From Candidatus Micrarchaeota archaeon (GTDB lineage Archaea > Micrarchaeota > Micrarchaeia > Micrarchaeales > CABMGC01): 50,861 nt of DNA. Under the pieces are notes generated by a model. It saw only the letters and a list, made by a program, of their open reading frames with translations, was not told the DNA's origin and ran no database searches. The stretch spans positions 1-50,861 of the forward strand of contig JASHTX010000036.1 in the NCBI GenBank assembly GCA_030040335.1. Direction: 5' to 3'. Both the position numbers and the translations under genes were made by a program. Shown in pieces: positions 9,152-19,040 of the stretch (positions are counted from its first letter, which is position 1; the number at the start of each line of letters is the position of its first letter).

Positions 9152-11578
9152 CTAGAGCCTCTTCTGCGAGCCCAAGCCTCTCAGCTCGTCCTCGCTTATA
9201 CCAAGTTCCTTCAGTATCTTTAATGTTGCTGGTATGATCTGGTGGTTTATGTAGTAATCGGCATCGTAGTCTTTCGCGGTCTCTTCAATCTCGGCCTTTT
9301 CCGAGATACTGCTGCCGTGCTTCGTTATCACGTAGCCTATTGCGGCACCTTCCAGTTCATTCCTGTCCTTCACGCCCATAGCCATTGCCTTCTTTGCAGC
9401 GGCGAGCTCTGGAGACTTGACGTCATAGTTGCCGATTCCTTTCCTTAGCTGCGTGTGTATGGCCAATTCCTGTATGGGCACCTTGCCCTCCCTGAGTTTC
9501 GTCACAACGTCCTTGACTATCCTTACGGCCTTCTCCTTGCTGCCTTCCTTCAGTATAGCCTCAAGCACAGCGAACTGGGTGTCTCTCGCAATCTTTGCCC
9601 AGTCCCTTCTCACCAGCTCAAAGCCGCGTATCTTTATCCTGCCTGACTCTGAAAGGAGAGCGTACTTCTTCTTTGCGCCTGCTTCCACTGCACCTCTTTT
9701 GCCTACGAACACGCCTCTGGTGTAAACATCCTCGAGCTCCAGTTCCATCGTGTTTGGAAGAGAAGCATTTACCTTCTTCATGAAGTCTATGGCTTCCTCC
9801 CTCTTCTTCTTGTCCATTACAAGGAAGCAGGAATCTGTGTCTGCGTAGAGCGCCTTGAAGCCGAGTTTCTCAGCTTGCTCGATGGTCTGGTTTATGAAGA
9901 GTCTGGCGTATGCTGTTATGCTGGAAGCTGCCTCTCTCGAGTACCATCTCGAACGCGCATATCCGAGATAACCGTAGAATGCGTTTGCAAGTATCTTCAA
10001 TGCTGTGGATCTCGCCCCAAGAGCCTTGCTGTCTGGGTTCTTTTTGTATGCCTTTTTGGCCTCAGACCTCTCCTCTATCAGCATCTTCAGCACCAGGGGC
10101 ATTATGCCGGTCCTGTCCTTCCTGAACCTTATGCCATTCGGCGATTCGAAATATTCACTGCAGTCGCTGCAGATCGTAGAAGGGTCTATGTTGTGGGCGA
10201 TTATTATGGAAGGGTACAGTCCTCTGAAGTCGAAGACCACGATGTTGTCGTATATGCCGGCCTCGGGAGTCTTTACGTACGCGCCCTCATACGGGTTCGC
10301 CAGCCTGGCTGCTATCTGGGGTTCGTCAGGCTTGTTCGGTATCATCTGCTTGTACTCGTGCGCATAGTTCATGAGCATGAACTCCACGAGCTGGCTTGTG
10401 GTCGATATGCTGACTTCGCCGAGCGTGGTGTGGCTCACCTTCGACATTTCCGCCTCTATGGGCAGGAAGAAATCGTACAGCTCCTTTACGGCAAGCGAAT
10501 CAGCAAGCGAGTACTCTGCCAGTTCCTCCAGCTCCGCTCCTTCACGGTCCCACTGCTCCCATATGCTGCCCTTGTGGACCATCTTCTTATCCTTACCGGT
10601 TATGGCCTTGTAGACCTCGGGCAGCTTGAAACTGTTTACCTTTATCACTTTCTCAGAAGCGCCGACTACAGAGACGAATTTTGCCACGTTGTAAATGTCG
10701 AAGTTTATCCTCCCGGGTATCTTGACAGCTTCGATGAGCCCATGGTGCTCCTTCTTAGGATCCTTGTCCTCATACCTGCCTATCTTGAAGTCTGTTTTCC
10801 TTACCTCTGCCCTGTCCATAAGGTATGGTATGTCGAAGTTTGATGAATTGTATCCCACAATCACATCGGGATCCAGCCTCTCCACGGCTTCGTGAAAGGC
10901 GTCGATCATCTCCTTCTCGCCCTTGAAGACCGAGACGAAGTCCTTGCTCACTTTTTTTGTAGTGAGGACTTTGCTCTCCTTCCCATCGGTGTAGCTTATC
11001 ATTATCACCGGATCGGTCTTTGTGTTTGGCATACCGCGCGGATTATAGGTCTCTATATCAAAGCAGAGGCATTTGAGTTCCAGGGAGTGCTGCTTTTCTG
11101 TGCTCTTTATATCATCAACTACAAGCTCGCCGTTCTCTTCGTGCGCCTTTACCCTGTTCAGGTTGAGAGGCGAGAGGTTCTTGTCAATCAGGTATCTCTT
11201 CCAGAAAACCACGTCGGATTCGTAGCATGTCCCGAATTCCTCCATTGTCTCGCTCATCTTCGGAACATTTTTTGGATGATCGAGGAATATCCTGAAGGTA
11301 TTGCGTTCCTTCCCTTCCACCAGAAGCTTCTCCTGCTCAACGGCCCTTACCCTTACCTCCTCGTTCTCCTTTGAAAGGATTGTTATGCCCTCCAGGCCCT
11401 TCTTGGTGATGCTCTCGTTTCTAGGCACAAGGTAGAAGTAGGGGTAGAAACTTGGGTCAGTGAGGTTGTAGGTTGCATCTTTTGTCTTGAATGCGAACCT
11501 GATAACGCCCCTGTTGCCCTTTGTGACGTAGCTGGCATCAAGTATGATGCCTTCTAGCTCTAGAGGTTCCATAAGCAT
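9152..11578 (-). CDS. polB: family B DNA polymerase
   Basis: Exonuclease motifs 'FDIETY', 'NFDIPYL' and 'YSLADS'. Polymerase motifs 'DFRGLYPSIII', 'KILANAFYGYLGY', 'YADTDS' and 'KKKYA'. At 808 aa there is no intein. Confidence 0.92.
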   Translation of the reverse strand: MLMEPLELEGIILDASYVTKGNRGVIRFAFKTKDATYNLTDPSFYPYFYLVPRNESITKKGLEGITILSKENEEVRVRAVEQEKLLVEGKERNTFRIFLDHPKNVPKMSETMEEFGTCYESDVVFWKRYLIDKNLSPLNLNRVKAHEENGELVVDDIKSTEKQHSLELKCLCFDIETYNPRGMPNTKTDPVIMISYTDGKESKVLTTKKVSKDFVSVFKGEKEMIDAFHEAVERLDPDVIVGYNSSNFDIPYLMDRAEVRKTDFKIGRYEDKDPKKEHHGLIEAVKIPGRINFDIYNVAKFVSVVGASEKVIKVNSFKLPEVYKAITGKDKKMVHKGSIWEQWDREGAELEELAEYSLADSLAVKELYDFFLPIEAEMSKVSHTTLGEVSISTTSQLVEFMLMNYAHEYKQMIPNKPDEPQIAARLANPYEGAYVKTPEAGIYDNIVVFDFRGLYPSIIIAHNIDPSTICSDCSEYFESPNGIRFRKDRTGIMPLVLKMLIEERSEAKKAYKKNPDSKALGARSTALKILANAFYGYLGYARSRWYSREAASSITAYARLFINQTIEQAEKLGFKALYADTDSCFLVMDKKKREEAIDFMKKVNASLPNTMELELEDVYTRGVFVGKRGAVEAGAKKKYALLSESGRIKIRGFELVRRDWAKIARDTQFAVLEAILKEGSKEKAVRIVKDVVTKLREGKVPIQELAIHTQLRKGIGNYDVKSPELAAAKKAMAMGVKDRNELEGAAIGYVITKHGSSISEKAEIEETAKDYDADYYINHQIIPATLKILKELGISEDELRGLGSQKRL

Positions 11579-11628
11579 CTAACGATGGTAATGTTGGAGG
11601 GCAATTCAGGAACAAAAGGCCTGTAGGA

Positions 11629-12042
11629 CTATTTGCCCTGCTGGGCTCCTTCCTCAAGCCTTGCGCGCGTGAGCGGCAACGGAGCTATCACTCCGATAGA
11701 CCATGCGAGAAGCGTGCCCCTTGATGCGCACTCAAAGTTGAGTACGTTTATCAGGTCTTCGGCAAACCTAACCGGCAGCGTCTTCTTCTTGTTCCACGTG
11801 TCAGTTATCTGCGATGCCATCTCCTTGTCCTCCTTTGCCATAACGCTCCCCTTTATCTTGAGCTCTCCGACCGACTTATCCTTGCCGCTTCCCTCGTACG
11901 CTGTCGTGAAAGTGTAAGTGACCTCAACCTCCTGTCCTGTAACCTTAACGTTGTCGAAGTTTATGTTGAACTTCATATTAGTTATTGGATCGGTTACTGG
12001 CCTGTGTGCTTCCACGTCGTTTATCTGTATGCCTGTTATCAT
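11629..12042 (-). CDS. hypothetical protein (137 aa)
   Basis: Intact ORF upstream of polB. No recognised motif. Confidence 0.5.
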   Translation of the reverse strand: MITGIQINDVEAHRPVTDPITNMKFNINFDNVKVTGQEVEVTYTFTTAYEGSGKDKSVGELKIKGSVMAKEDKEMASQITDTWNKKKTLPVRFAEDLINVLNFECASRGTLLAWSIGVIAPLPLTRARLEEGAQQGK

Positions 12043-12194
12043 TCTATCACTTGTATTCTATTATCTGCACTAGTTTTTATACGTTTCTTAGCGTGATTTT
12101 CGAGTCATTGGCGAGTCATTCTAAAACTCTTTTAGCCGTGACCCGAACGAAAAGGGTTAATAAAGCATTTATTCTAATATAAAATCCAGAGGTT

Positions 12195-12614
12195 ATGCCT
12201 AATAGGACCATTTTGAATAAATTTGGTCTGTTCGTTTCCCAGGTTCACAAGATACTTAAGAAGAAATCTCTGGACAGCGACGATTTCAAAGTAATAAACG
12301 AAGCAAGACTAGTCGCAGCTCTGTCTTCCAACCATTCCTGGCGCGTTTACAGGTTCATGCACGAGAGAGACACGTTTGACCGCAACGCAATAAGGGACGA
12401 GGTGAACGCCGCTTACAACGAAGGCTGGAAGGAAATCAGCGAGAACGATCTCAAGGAGGTGGTTACCTCGAACCTTGAAGATCACGCACTCTCCCAGGTT
12501 CTGTCATGCGGAGCGCTTGAGAAGAACGAAGTAAAGGACTTCAAGGATCTCCTGCCGCGGCTTCTCCAAGAATTTGAGGACGGCATAGAGCCTATTGAGA
12601 GCAGAGAAATCTGA
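12195..12614 (+). CDS. hypothetical protein (139 aa)
   Basis: Intact acidic ORF. An AT-rich stretch 'aataaagcatttattctaatataaaa' lies upstream. Confidence 0.5.
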   Translation: MPNRTILNKFGLFVSQVHKILKKKSLDSDDFKVINEARLVAALSSNHSWRVYRFMHERDTFDRNAIRDEVNAAYNEGWKEISENDLKEVVTSNLEDHALSQVLSCGALEKNEVKDFKDLLPRLLQEFEDGIEPIESREI

Positions 12615-12661
12615 ATGCGGTCCCTGGTTCTATTTATAATTCTTTAAATGAAAAGGTTAGT

Positions 12662-12736
12662 GGGCATGTGGCGCAACTTGGATAGCGCACCTGGCTTCGG
12701 ACCAGGGGGTTGCGGGTCCAAATCCCGTCATGCCCG
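12662..12736 (+). tRNA. tRNA-Arg (anticodon UCG)
   Basis: Hand-folded cloverleaf. Acceptor GGGCATG/CATGCCC, D stem GCGC/GCGC, anticodon stem CCTGG/CCAGG with loop CTTCGGA, T arm GCGGG-TCCAAAT-CCCGT, discriminator G. No CCA is encoded. Confidence 0.85.
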
Positions 12737-12804
12737 CGTGCTTATTGGCTTGATTGAGGTGTTGATGCTTGAACGCTTGGGGGGTGCCTGCAGCATTTGC
12801 AAGG

Positions 12805-13629
12805 ATGCTATTCTTTGCGGTGGACGATACCATTGCCAAGCCCGTCTCTAGCCTTTTGGGCAACTACAGGACCTCGATCATTGTGGTGGGGTTCGGACTT
12901 GTGCCATCAATTCTTATACTCGTCTACCTTGCGGCATATGAGTTCACATACCAGTCACTTCTGCTTTCAGTTGCAGGGGGGATCTTCTTCGGGCTGGGTT
13001 ACGTGCTCATCTATAAGTCTCTTGAAACAGAGCAGGCAACGAACACTATTGCCCTCTTCGCCATAACACCATTGGCACTACTTCTCTTTGGCACGCTGGG
13101 ATTGAAAGAAAGTTTTAGTGTTGTAGATGTTGTCAGCACAGCGATGATACTGATCGGTGCTTTTCTGGTGACAACAAACAGGGAACTGAAGTTCGACAAG
13201 GCCTTCATACCGGCGCTGCTGGGAAATCTGGCTTGGAGTGCGTGGGTGATAATGGCAACCTATGCGGTCAGCATCTCAAACAACTTCATCCTACCAGTCA
13301 CAATAGGCAGGGTTGTGGGATTGGTGTGCGTCATTTTGGTATACTTCCTGTTCAAAAAAGGTAAAAAGGCGAAGATTGCAAGGAAGGCAAGGGGGCAAAG
13401 GTTGCTACTCATGGGAATGGTAGCTGGCTTACTGGATGGCCTAGGCACCACAAGCCTCGGTTTGTTGGCAATACTAAATGCAGTGGCCATAGGCGGTGCA
13501 ATAGGAGCGCTGGGATCTGGAGTAGTGGCTGTACTGAGCAGGATATTCTACAAAGACAGGCTAACAAAGCCGCAATTAATTGGTGTGATAATAATGATAC
13601 TGGGCGCCGCGGCCCTGAGCCTGGCGTGA
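12805..13629 (+). CDS. EamA/DMT-family transporter
   Basis: About 10-TM protein with duplicated EamA-like halves. The ORF opens at 12769, but the ATG at 12805 ('MLFFAVDD') leaves room after the tRNA. The start is uncertain. Confidence 0.6.
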   Translation: MLFFAVDDTIAKPVSSLLGNYRTSIIVVGFGLVPSILILVYLAAYEFTYQSLLLSVAGGIFFGLGYVLIYKSLETEQATNTIALFAITPLALLLFGTLGLKESFSVVDVVSTAMILIGAFLVTTNRELKFDKAFIPALLGNLAWSAWVIMATYAVSISNNFILPVTIGRVVGLVCVILVYFLFKKGKKAKIARKARGQRLLLMGMVAGLLDGLGTTSLGLLAILNAVAIGGAIGALGSGVVAVLSRIFYKDRLTKPQLIGVIIMILGAAALSLA

Positions 13630-13646
13630 TAGAGAAAGGTTATGCG

Positions 13647-15047
13647 ATGAAACATGATACGAGTGAACTGAACAACCTGATACTGCTTACTGATAGTTAC
13701 AAGCTTACCCACTGGAAGATGTACCCCGCAGGTACACAGAGAGTATACTCATATTTCGAGTCTCGCGGAGGTCAGTTCCCAGAAACGGTATTCTTTGGGC
13801 TGCAATACCTACTGAAGAAACATCTGGTGGGAGCGGTAATCACGCAAGAGAAGATAGATGATGCCGAGATTATCACTGAAAAGCACCTAGGCGACAGGAA
13901 ACTGTTCAACAGGGAGGGATGGGAGCGCATATTGGAGAAGCACAGAGGCAAGCTTCCCATCAGCATAAAAGCGGTTCGTGAAGGGACGGTTGTGCCTCTA
14001 AGGAATGTCCTGATGACAGTAGAGAATACCGATCCGGAAAGTTACTGGCTTACGAGCGCGCTGGAGACACTTCTTGTCCACATCTGGTATCCATGCACTG
14101 TAGCCACGCTCTCCATGAACATCAAAAAACGCATAACAGGATACCTAGAGAAGACGGGAACCCCGAAACTAATAGATTTCAAACTTCACGATTTCGGGTT
14201 TAGGGGCGCGTCATCAGCAGAATCGGCTGCGATAGGCGATGCCGCACACCTGCTCAGCTTCAAAGGCACAGATACGATTTCAGGATTGTTGCTTGCCAGG
14301 GAATACTACGATGCAGACATGCCTGGCAACTCGATACCTGCATCCGAACATACTGTAATGACAGCACTTGGAGAAGCGGGCGAAGCAGAGACTGTCGGCC
14401 ACATACTGGACGCATTCCCTGAAGGATACATCTCGATAGTGGCCGATTCATATGACGTTTTCAGGGCCTGCAGGCAGATTTTCGGCGAGGACTTCAGGGA
14501 AAGAATACTTCTGAGGAAGGGCACTGTGGTGATAAGGCCTGATTCCGGGAATCCCGAGGAAGTGGTAGTCAAGGTTCTTGAGATACTCAAGAGCAAGTTC
14601 GGCGCTACGAGAAATTCGAAAGGCTACTTTGTCCTGCCAGACAGGGTGCGCATAATACAGGGAGACAATGTGAACTACGATTCCATAGGCAGGATACTCA
14701 GTGCAATGGAGAAAGAGAGTTGGTCAGCGGACAACATCACTTTTGGAATGGGCGGTGCCCTACTGCAGATGATAAACAGGGATACGCAGCAGTTCGCTTT
14801 CAAGGCGTCGAACATCACCATAAAAGGCGTTGAACACGAGGTATCGAAATCTCCGATCACAGATATGAGAAAAGCCTCAAAGGCAGGAAAGCTAAAGCTC
14901 GTTCTTTCGGGAAAAACGCTCAAGACTGTAAAGCAGGCTGAAGAGGGAGATGACCAAATGGTGGAGGTGTTCAGGAACGGGACTCTGCTCCGCGAATATG
15001 ACTTTGACAGCATACGAAAAAGACTTAATACATATACCGCAAAATAG
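13647..15047 (+). CDS. nadV: nicotinamide phosphoribosyltransferase (NAMPT/NadV)
   Basis: The N-terminus 'NLILLTDSYKLTHWKMYP' and 'HDFGFRGASS' are classic NAMPT signatures. The ORF also opens at GTG 13626. Confidence 0.85.
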   Translation: MKHDTSELNNLILLTDSYKLTHWKMYPAGTQRVYSYFESRGGQFPETVFFGLQYLLKKHLVGAVITQEKIDDAEIITEKHLGDRKLFNREGWERILEKHRGKLPISIKAVREGTVVPLRNVLMTVENTDPESYWLTSALETLLVHIWYPCTVATLSMNIKKRITGYLEKTGTPKLIDFKLHDFGFRGASSAESAAIGDAAHLLSFKGTDTISGLLLAREYYDADMPGNSIPASEHTVMTALGEAGEAETVGHILDAFPEGYISIVADSYDVFRACRQIFGEDFRERILLRKGTVVIRPDSGNPEEVVVKVLEILKSKFGATRNSKGYFVLPDRVRIIQGDNVNYDSIGRILSAMEKESWSADNITFGMGGALLQMINRDTQQFAFKASNITIKGVEHEVSKSPITDMRKASKAGKLKLVLSGKTLKTVKQAEEGDDQMVEVFRNGTLLREYDFDSIRKRLNTYTAK

Positions 15048-15055
15048 CAGATTGC

Positions 15056-16360
15056 ATGGCCATTGAAAAGATAGGAATACAACACATAGGCGCAAGGCTG
15101 CGCCACGGTAAGCCGTTCATGACTTTCACGCTCTGGCTTGCGGCCAACCTCACAATAGCAGATTACGCGCTTGGCTCCTTCTTCTATGGATTGCCATTTG
15201 GATACATACTGATTGCGATACTGATCGGCAACCTACTTGGAGGGTTGCTGCTGGGGCTGATGGCATCTATGGGTCCGGAATTTGGATATCCGCAGATGAT
15301 GATATCACGGGCTTACATGGGCAAGAAGGGCAACACCCCTTTTGCACTGGCCAACTGGATAAGCACAGTGGGATGGTTCACCGTAAACGTGATTCTGGGC
15401 GCGTACGCTCTCCAACTGGCGCTCGGCATACCGTTCTGGGTTGGTGCGCTCTTGCTTGTGGTAGTGGAGGCGCTGATAGCCATTTACGGGCACGACATGA
15501 TTCATAATTTCGAACTGCTTATGTCAGTAGCCCTTGGCATAATGTTCATCGCCGTGGGATTGATAGCCTACAACGGCGCAACGCTGCACTGGGTCTCATA
15601 CAGTTCATCCGCCTCTTTCAACCCGTTCCTCTTTGCGCTCTGCATAGCCACGGTCTTCTCCTATCTGATGAGCTGGTCGCCTTACGCCAGTGACTATTCG
15701 AGGTACCTGCCTGAGAAGACGAGCAAGCTCAAGATAACCCTGTATGCAATGCTGGGCGGACTGATAGCGAGCGCCTTTACAGAGCTGATCGGAGCGCTTG
15801 TATACATAAATGTGGGAAATACAAACCTGAATCCAATTAACGCACTCGCTCAGGTCTCTGGAAGCTACGCGCTGCTTGCGATGGCCGCGATAGTGCTCGG
15901 CTCCATGGCTTCTAACTTTCTCAACATATACACCAATTCGCTCTCCGCACAGATCGTCTACGAGAAGACAAAGAGGTGGCATGCGGTGCTGGCCGGGTGC
16001 ATCATAGGCTTCTGCCTCGCATTGCTTGGCGCTGCGAACTTCGGATCTTTTTACCAGGATTTCCTCCTGATCCTGGATTACTGGATAACCCCCTGGATAG
16101 GCATAATGGCCGCCGCATTCTTCATCAGAAAGGCGAGGAAGGGCGTCGAGTCCCAGAAAGGCATACTGTGGACCCCGATAACCGCTTATTTGATAGGCTT
16201 GGTTGCGTCCGCGCCGTTCATGAACCTTACGCCATACGGGATAAACTATGAAGGGATAATCGCTTCCTCTCTTGGCGGGGCAGATATCAGCTACTTTGTC
16301 TCATTCATCGTAGCGGTAGTAGCATACCTGATTCTGACAAGGAAGCATACCAAATTATAA
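15056..16360 (+). CDS. NCS1-family (purine-cytosine permease-like) transporter
   Basis: 12-TM protein. 'MISRAYMGKKGN' and the overall layout resemble CodB/NCS1 permeases. Substrate is unknown. Confidence 0.65.
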   Translation: MAIEKIGIQHIGARLRHGKPFMTFTLWLAANLTIADYALGSFFYGLPFGYILIAILIGNLLGGLLLGLMASMGPEFGYPQMMISRAYMGKKGNTPFALANWISTVGWFTVNVILGAYALQLALGIPFWVGALLLVVVEALIAIYGHDMIHNFELLMSVALGIMFIAVGLIAYNGATLHWVSYSSSASFNPFLFALCIATVFSYLMSWSPYASDYSRYLPEKTSKLKITLYAMLGGLIASAFTELIGALVYINVGNTNLNPINALAQVSGSYALLAMAAIVLGSMASNFLNIYTNSLSAQIVYEKTKRWHAVLAGCIIGFCLALLGAANFGSFYQDFLLILDYWITPWIGIMAAAFFIRKARKGVESQKGILWTPITAYLIGLVASAPFMNLTPYGINYEGIIASSLGGADISYFVSFIVAVVAYLILTRKHTKL

Positions 16361-16392
16361 GCCTTGACTTCTACTTCAATTCCGGTATCTAA

Positions 16393-16749
16393 ATGGATGT
16401 AAACGAGATAGCCAAAGGGGGAGTTGTGGGAGGAATAGTGGCGGTAGTGCTGGAATTCATAGTCGGAGCTGCAGCGCCTAGCATAGAATACGGTTTTGGT
16501 TTCGTGGCAATACTTGTTGGCGGATTTGTAGCCGGCTGGATGATTAAGGGAAAGAAGATGGAAGATGGAGCCGCAGGGGGAGTTGTTGCAGGGCTCATCT
16601 ATGTCATACTCGGGCTCTTCATAATATACCCAATAGTGGCCGACTATCACTCTTCAAGCCCGATACTCGCTCTGATCGTCGGAATAGTACTTGGCGCAAT
16701 CGGAGGATTTGTAGGGCAGTACCTCAACTCTGGAAAAGGCAAGAAGTAG
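16393..16749 (+). CDS. small Gly-rich membrane protein
   Basis: 118 aa with 3-4 Gly/Ala/Val-rich TM helices. Confidence 0.5.
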   Translation: MDVNEIAKGGVVGGIVAVVLEFIVGAAAPSIEYGFGFVAILVGGFVAGWMIKGKKMEDGAAGGVVAGLIYVILGLFIIYPIVADYHSSSPILALIVGIVLGAIGGFVGQYLNSGKGKK

Positions 16750-16770
16750 CGAAGCCCAGGATAGGGTGGT

Positions 16771-17205
16771 ATGAAGGTACTCTTCATCTGCTATGCTAAC
16801 ATAAACAGGAGCCAGATAGCAGAGGCGCTCTTCAACAAGAGATCCAGGAAGGGCAGTGCAAAGAGCGCTGGGATAAACCCGCGGATGGCAGGAGCTTATC
16901 TCAGGGAGGAGAACAACAATCCGATCATGCCGATGAAAAAGAGAGGCCACAACATCTCAGGCGCAAAGATAAAGAGGATCAATCCTGAGCTTGTCAGGTG
17001 GGCCGACAAGATAGTCATATTGTTCCAATGGAGGAAACACGCTAAAGAAGTCCCTCCGTATGTAAAGAGGTTCCCTGATAAGGAATTCTGGGAGATAGGA
17101 TCTATACCAGATAAGACACCATATGAGAAGTATTGCAGACTCGAGGCAAGGAGGATAGCAAAAATAGAAGAGCGCGTTAAGGACTTGGTGGAGAGGATAG
17201 GCTGA
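16771..17205 (+). CDS. low-molecular-weight phosphotyrosine phosphatase / ArsC-like
   Basis: N-terminal P-loop 'VLFICYANINRSQIAEA' (CX5R-S). Confidence 0.75.
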   Translation: MKVLFICYANINRSQIAEALFNKRSRKGSAKSAGINPRMAGAYLREENNNPIMPMKKRGHNISGAKIKRINPELVRWADKIVILFQWRKHAKEVPPYVKRFPDKEFWEIGSIPDKTPYEKYCRLEARRIAKIEERVKDLVERIG

Positions 17206-17259
17206 TTTGTAAGGCTTAAATGCTTTGAGAGGCGATTTATCTAGAAGTCTGGTGCTCAT

Positions 17260-18321
17260 TTGGCAGAACTTATAGAGTATAGGCAGCTAGCGAGGATACT
17301 CTCAATGTTCATGATCGTCCAACTTGCCGGGATTGCGATTGCATTCTACGTAATATCGCCTGCTTTTGTGACGGTCAATGCCGGAGGAACAAGCGCATCG
17401 CCTCAGGTCATCTATGTTTTTGCCTACATAATAGTCACAGCAATCATAATGGTTTTGCTGTTCAGGTCTAGGAAAGGCCCTCTTTTCTTCAGGATTCTGG
17501 AGTTCCTTGCAGTGGTTACAGCCGCTTTCTACCTGTTCCTGATACTGCTTTCTGTAGTCTTTCCCCCTACAAGCCTCGCCCCTCTGCCGATCGCCCTGGT
17601 AGCGGCGCTTGGAGTCATGGCAGCAAAGATCAAATGGCCGGGGCTTAGGAATTTTGCAGCTATAATCGCAAGCGTGGGAGTCGGGCTGGTACTCGGCATA
17701 TACTTCAGCTTCCCTTTGGCCTATGCGCTGATGGCGCTGCTTGCCGTATATGACTATGTAGCGGTTTTTGTAACAAAACACATGGTAACGCTCGGCAGAC
17801 AAGCGGTAGATCTCAACCTTGCATTCATGATCGGCGCGTATGACATGGAGGTTATGCCCAAAGGCGCCGTGAAAGACAAGGAAATCAAGGACGTGAACAA
17901 GGCGGTGGCACAGAGCAAGAACAAAACCCTCCAGAATCTCGTGAAGGCAGGAAACGTTCCGATGCCGTCATTCTCTGCGCTTGGAGCAGGAGACCTGGCA
18001 ATGCCGCTGATGCTGGAGATAAGCGCTTTTGGCACGTATTTCAAGTTCTTCACAAGCCTGGTGATAATGGTAGGCGCGGTTGCAGGCCTGATATTCTCGA
18101 TGTGGGTCTCCAAAAAGTACAAGACCGCCCTGCCGGCAATACCTCCGCTCTTCGCCTTCGCAAGCATAGCCCTTGGATTGGAGTTTTTGGTCATGTCTCC
18201 TCTGAACTGGGCCGTCTATGCAATACTCTTTGCCCTGAGCGCAGGAATACTGCTGCTAATCATATTCACTGCAATGAGACAGAACAAATCGCCACGTTCC
18301 AGGATACTCCCGCCTGACTGA
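17260..18321 (+). CDS. presenilin / signal-peptide-peptidase-like GxGD intramembrane aspartyl protease
   Basis: 'AVYDYVAVF' (YD), 'LGAGDLAMP' (GxGD) and 'ALPAIPP' (PAL-like) motifs sit in a 9-TM frame. The apparent start is TTG. Confidence 0.75.
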   Translation: MAELIEYRQLARILSMFMIVQLAGIAIAFYVISPAFVTVNAGGTSASPQVIYVFAYIIVTAIIMVLLFRSRKGPLFFRILEFLAVVTAAFYLFLILLSVVFPPTSLAPLPIALVAALGVMAAKIKWPGLRNFAAIIASVGVGLVLGIYFSFPLAYALMALLAVYDYVAVFVTKHMVTLGRQAVDLNLAFMIGAYDMEVMPKGAVKDKEIKDVNKAVAQSKNKTLQNLVKAGNVPMPSFSALGAGDLAMPLMLEISAFGTYFKFFTSLVIMVGAVAGLIFSMWVSKKYKTALPAIPPLFAFASIALGLEFLVMSPLNWAVYAILFALSAGILLLIIFTAMRQNKSPRSRILPPD

Positions 18322-18326
18322 AGAAC

Positions 18327-19031
18327 CTACTTCTTTTCTATTCTTATCCTGAATCTTTCTTTTGCCAGGGTCTGGCCGCGCCCTCTGCAAATCCTGCAGC
18401 TTTTGTCAAACACAGTGCCGCGCCCGCCACAACTTCCGCAGACGCTCTGCATGAAAAAGAAAGAGGAGAGTCCCGATGAGCCACCTCTCTGCACGGTGCC
18501 CTTGCCCCTGCATTCAGGGCAGGTGGATACTTTGGAACCCGGTTCCGCGCCGCTGCCCCTGCAGTTGCTGCAGGCTACGTAGCGATGCACCTCTATATCG
18601 CGGTCCAGCCCCTTCTCCATATCAGAGAGCGAGAAGTTGAGACTGAGGTTCTCCGCATTTTGCGCCCTCTGACTCCTCATACCCTGACCCATGGATCCCC
18701 CAAAACCGAATGCGTCTTCGAAACCGCCCATTCCGCCCAGGTCCATCCCCATCTGCTTCAGGATGCTCTCGAAATCGAAGTTGCGCAGTATGTCGTCTGC
18801 ATTGTACCATTGGTTGAACTGCGTGGAGCCGAGCATATCGTACTGTTGCCTCTTCTGCGGGTCGCTCAAGACCGCATAGGCCTCGTTTATTGTCTTGAAC
18901 TTCTCTACGGCAGCGGGGTCTTTGTTCCTGTCCGGATGGTAGCGCAGCGCAAGCTCCCTGTATGCGTGTTTTATGTCATCTGCACTGGCGTCTTTCTTGA
19001 CACCCAAGATTTCGTAATAGTCTTTTGCCAC
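18327..19031 (-). CDS. dnaJ: DnaJ-like co-chaperone, short form (J domain + G/F + zinc finger only)
   Basis: 'DYYEILGV...HPD' J domain, a Gly/Phe/Met-rich linker and four CxxCxGxG repeats. It ends 13 aa after the last repeat. Confidence 0.85.
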   Translation of the reverse strand: MAKDYYEILGVKKDASADDIKHAYRELALRYHPDRNKDPAAVEKFKTINEAYAVLSDPQKRQQYDMLGSTQFNQWYNADDILRNFDFESILKQMGMDLGGMGGFEDAFGFGGSMGQGMRSQRAQNAENLSLNFSLSDMEKGLDRDIEVHRYVACSNCRGSGAEPGSKVSTCPECRGKGTVQRGGSSGLSSFFFMQSVCGSCGGRGTVFDKSCRICRGRGQTLAKERFRIRIEKK

Positions 19032-19040
19032 TTTTTAACC

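Noticed and set aside
9152-11578. Checked PolB, and also NrdJ at 1764..4151, for inteins, which are frequent in archaeal versions of both genes.
   Set aside because: The lengths (808 and 795 aa) and the uninterrupted spacing of the catalytic motifs leave no room for an intein.
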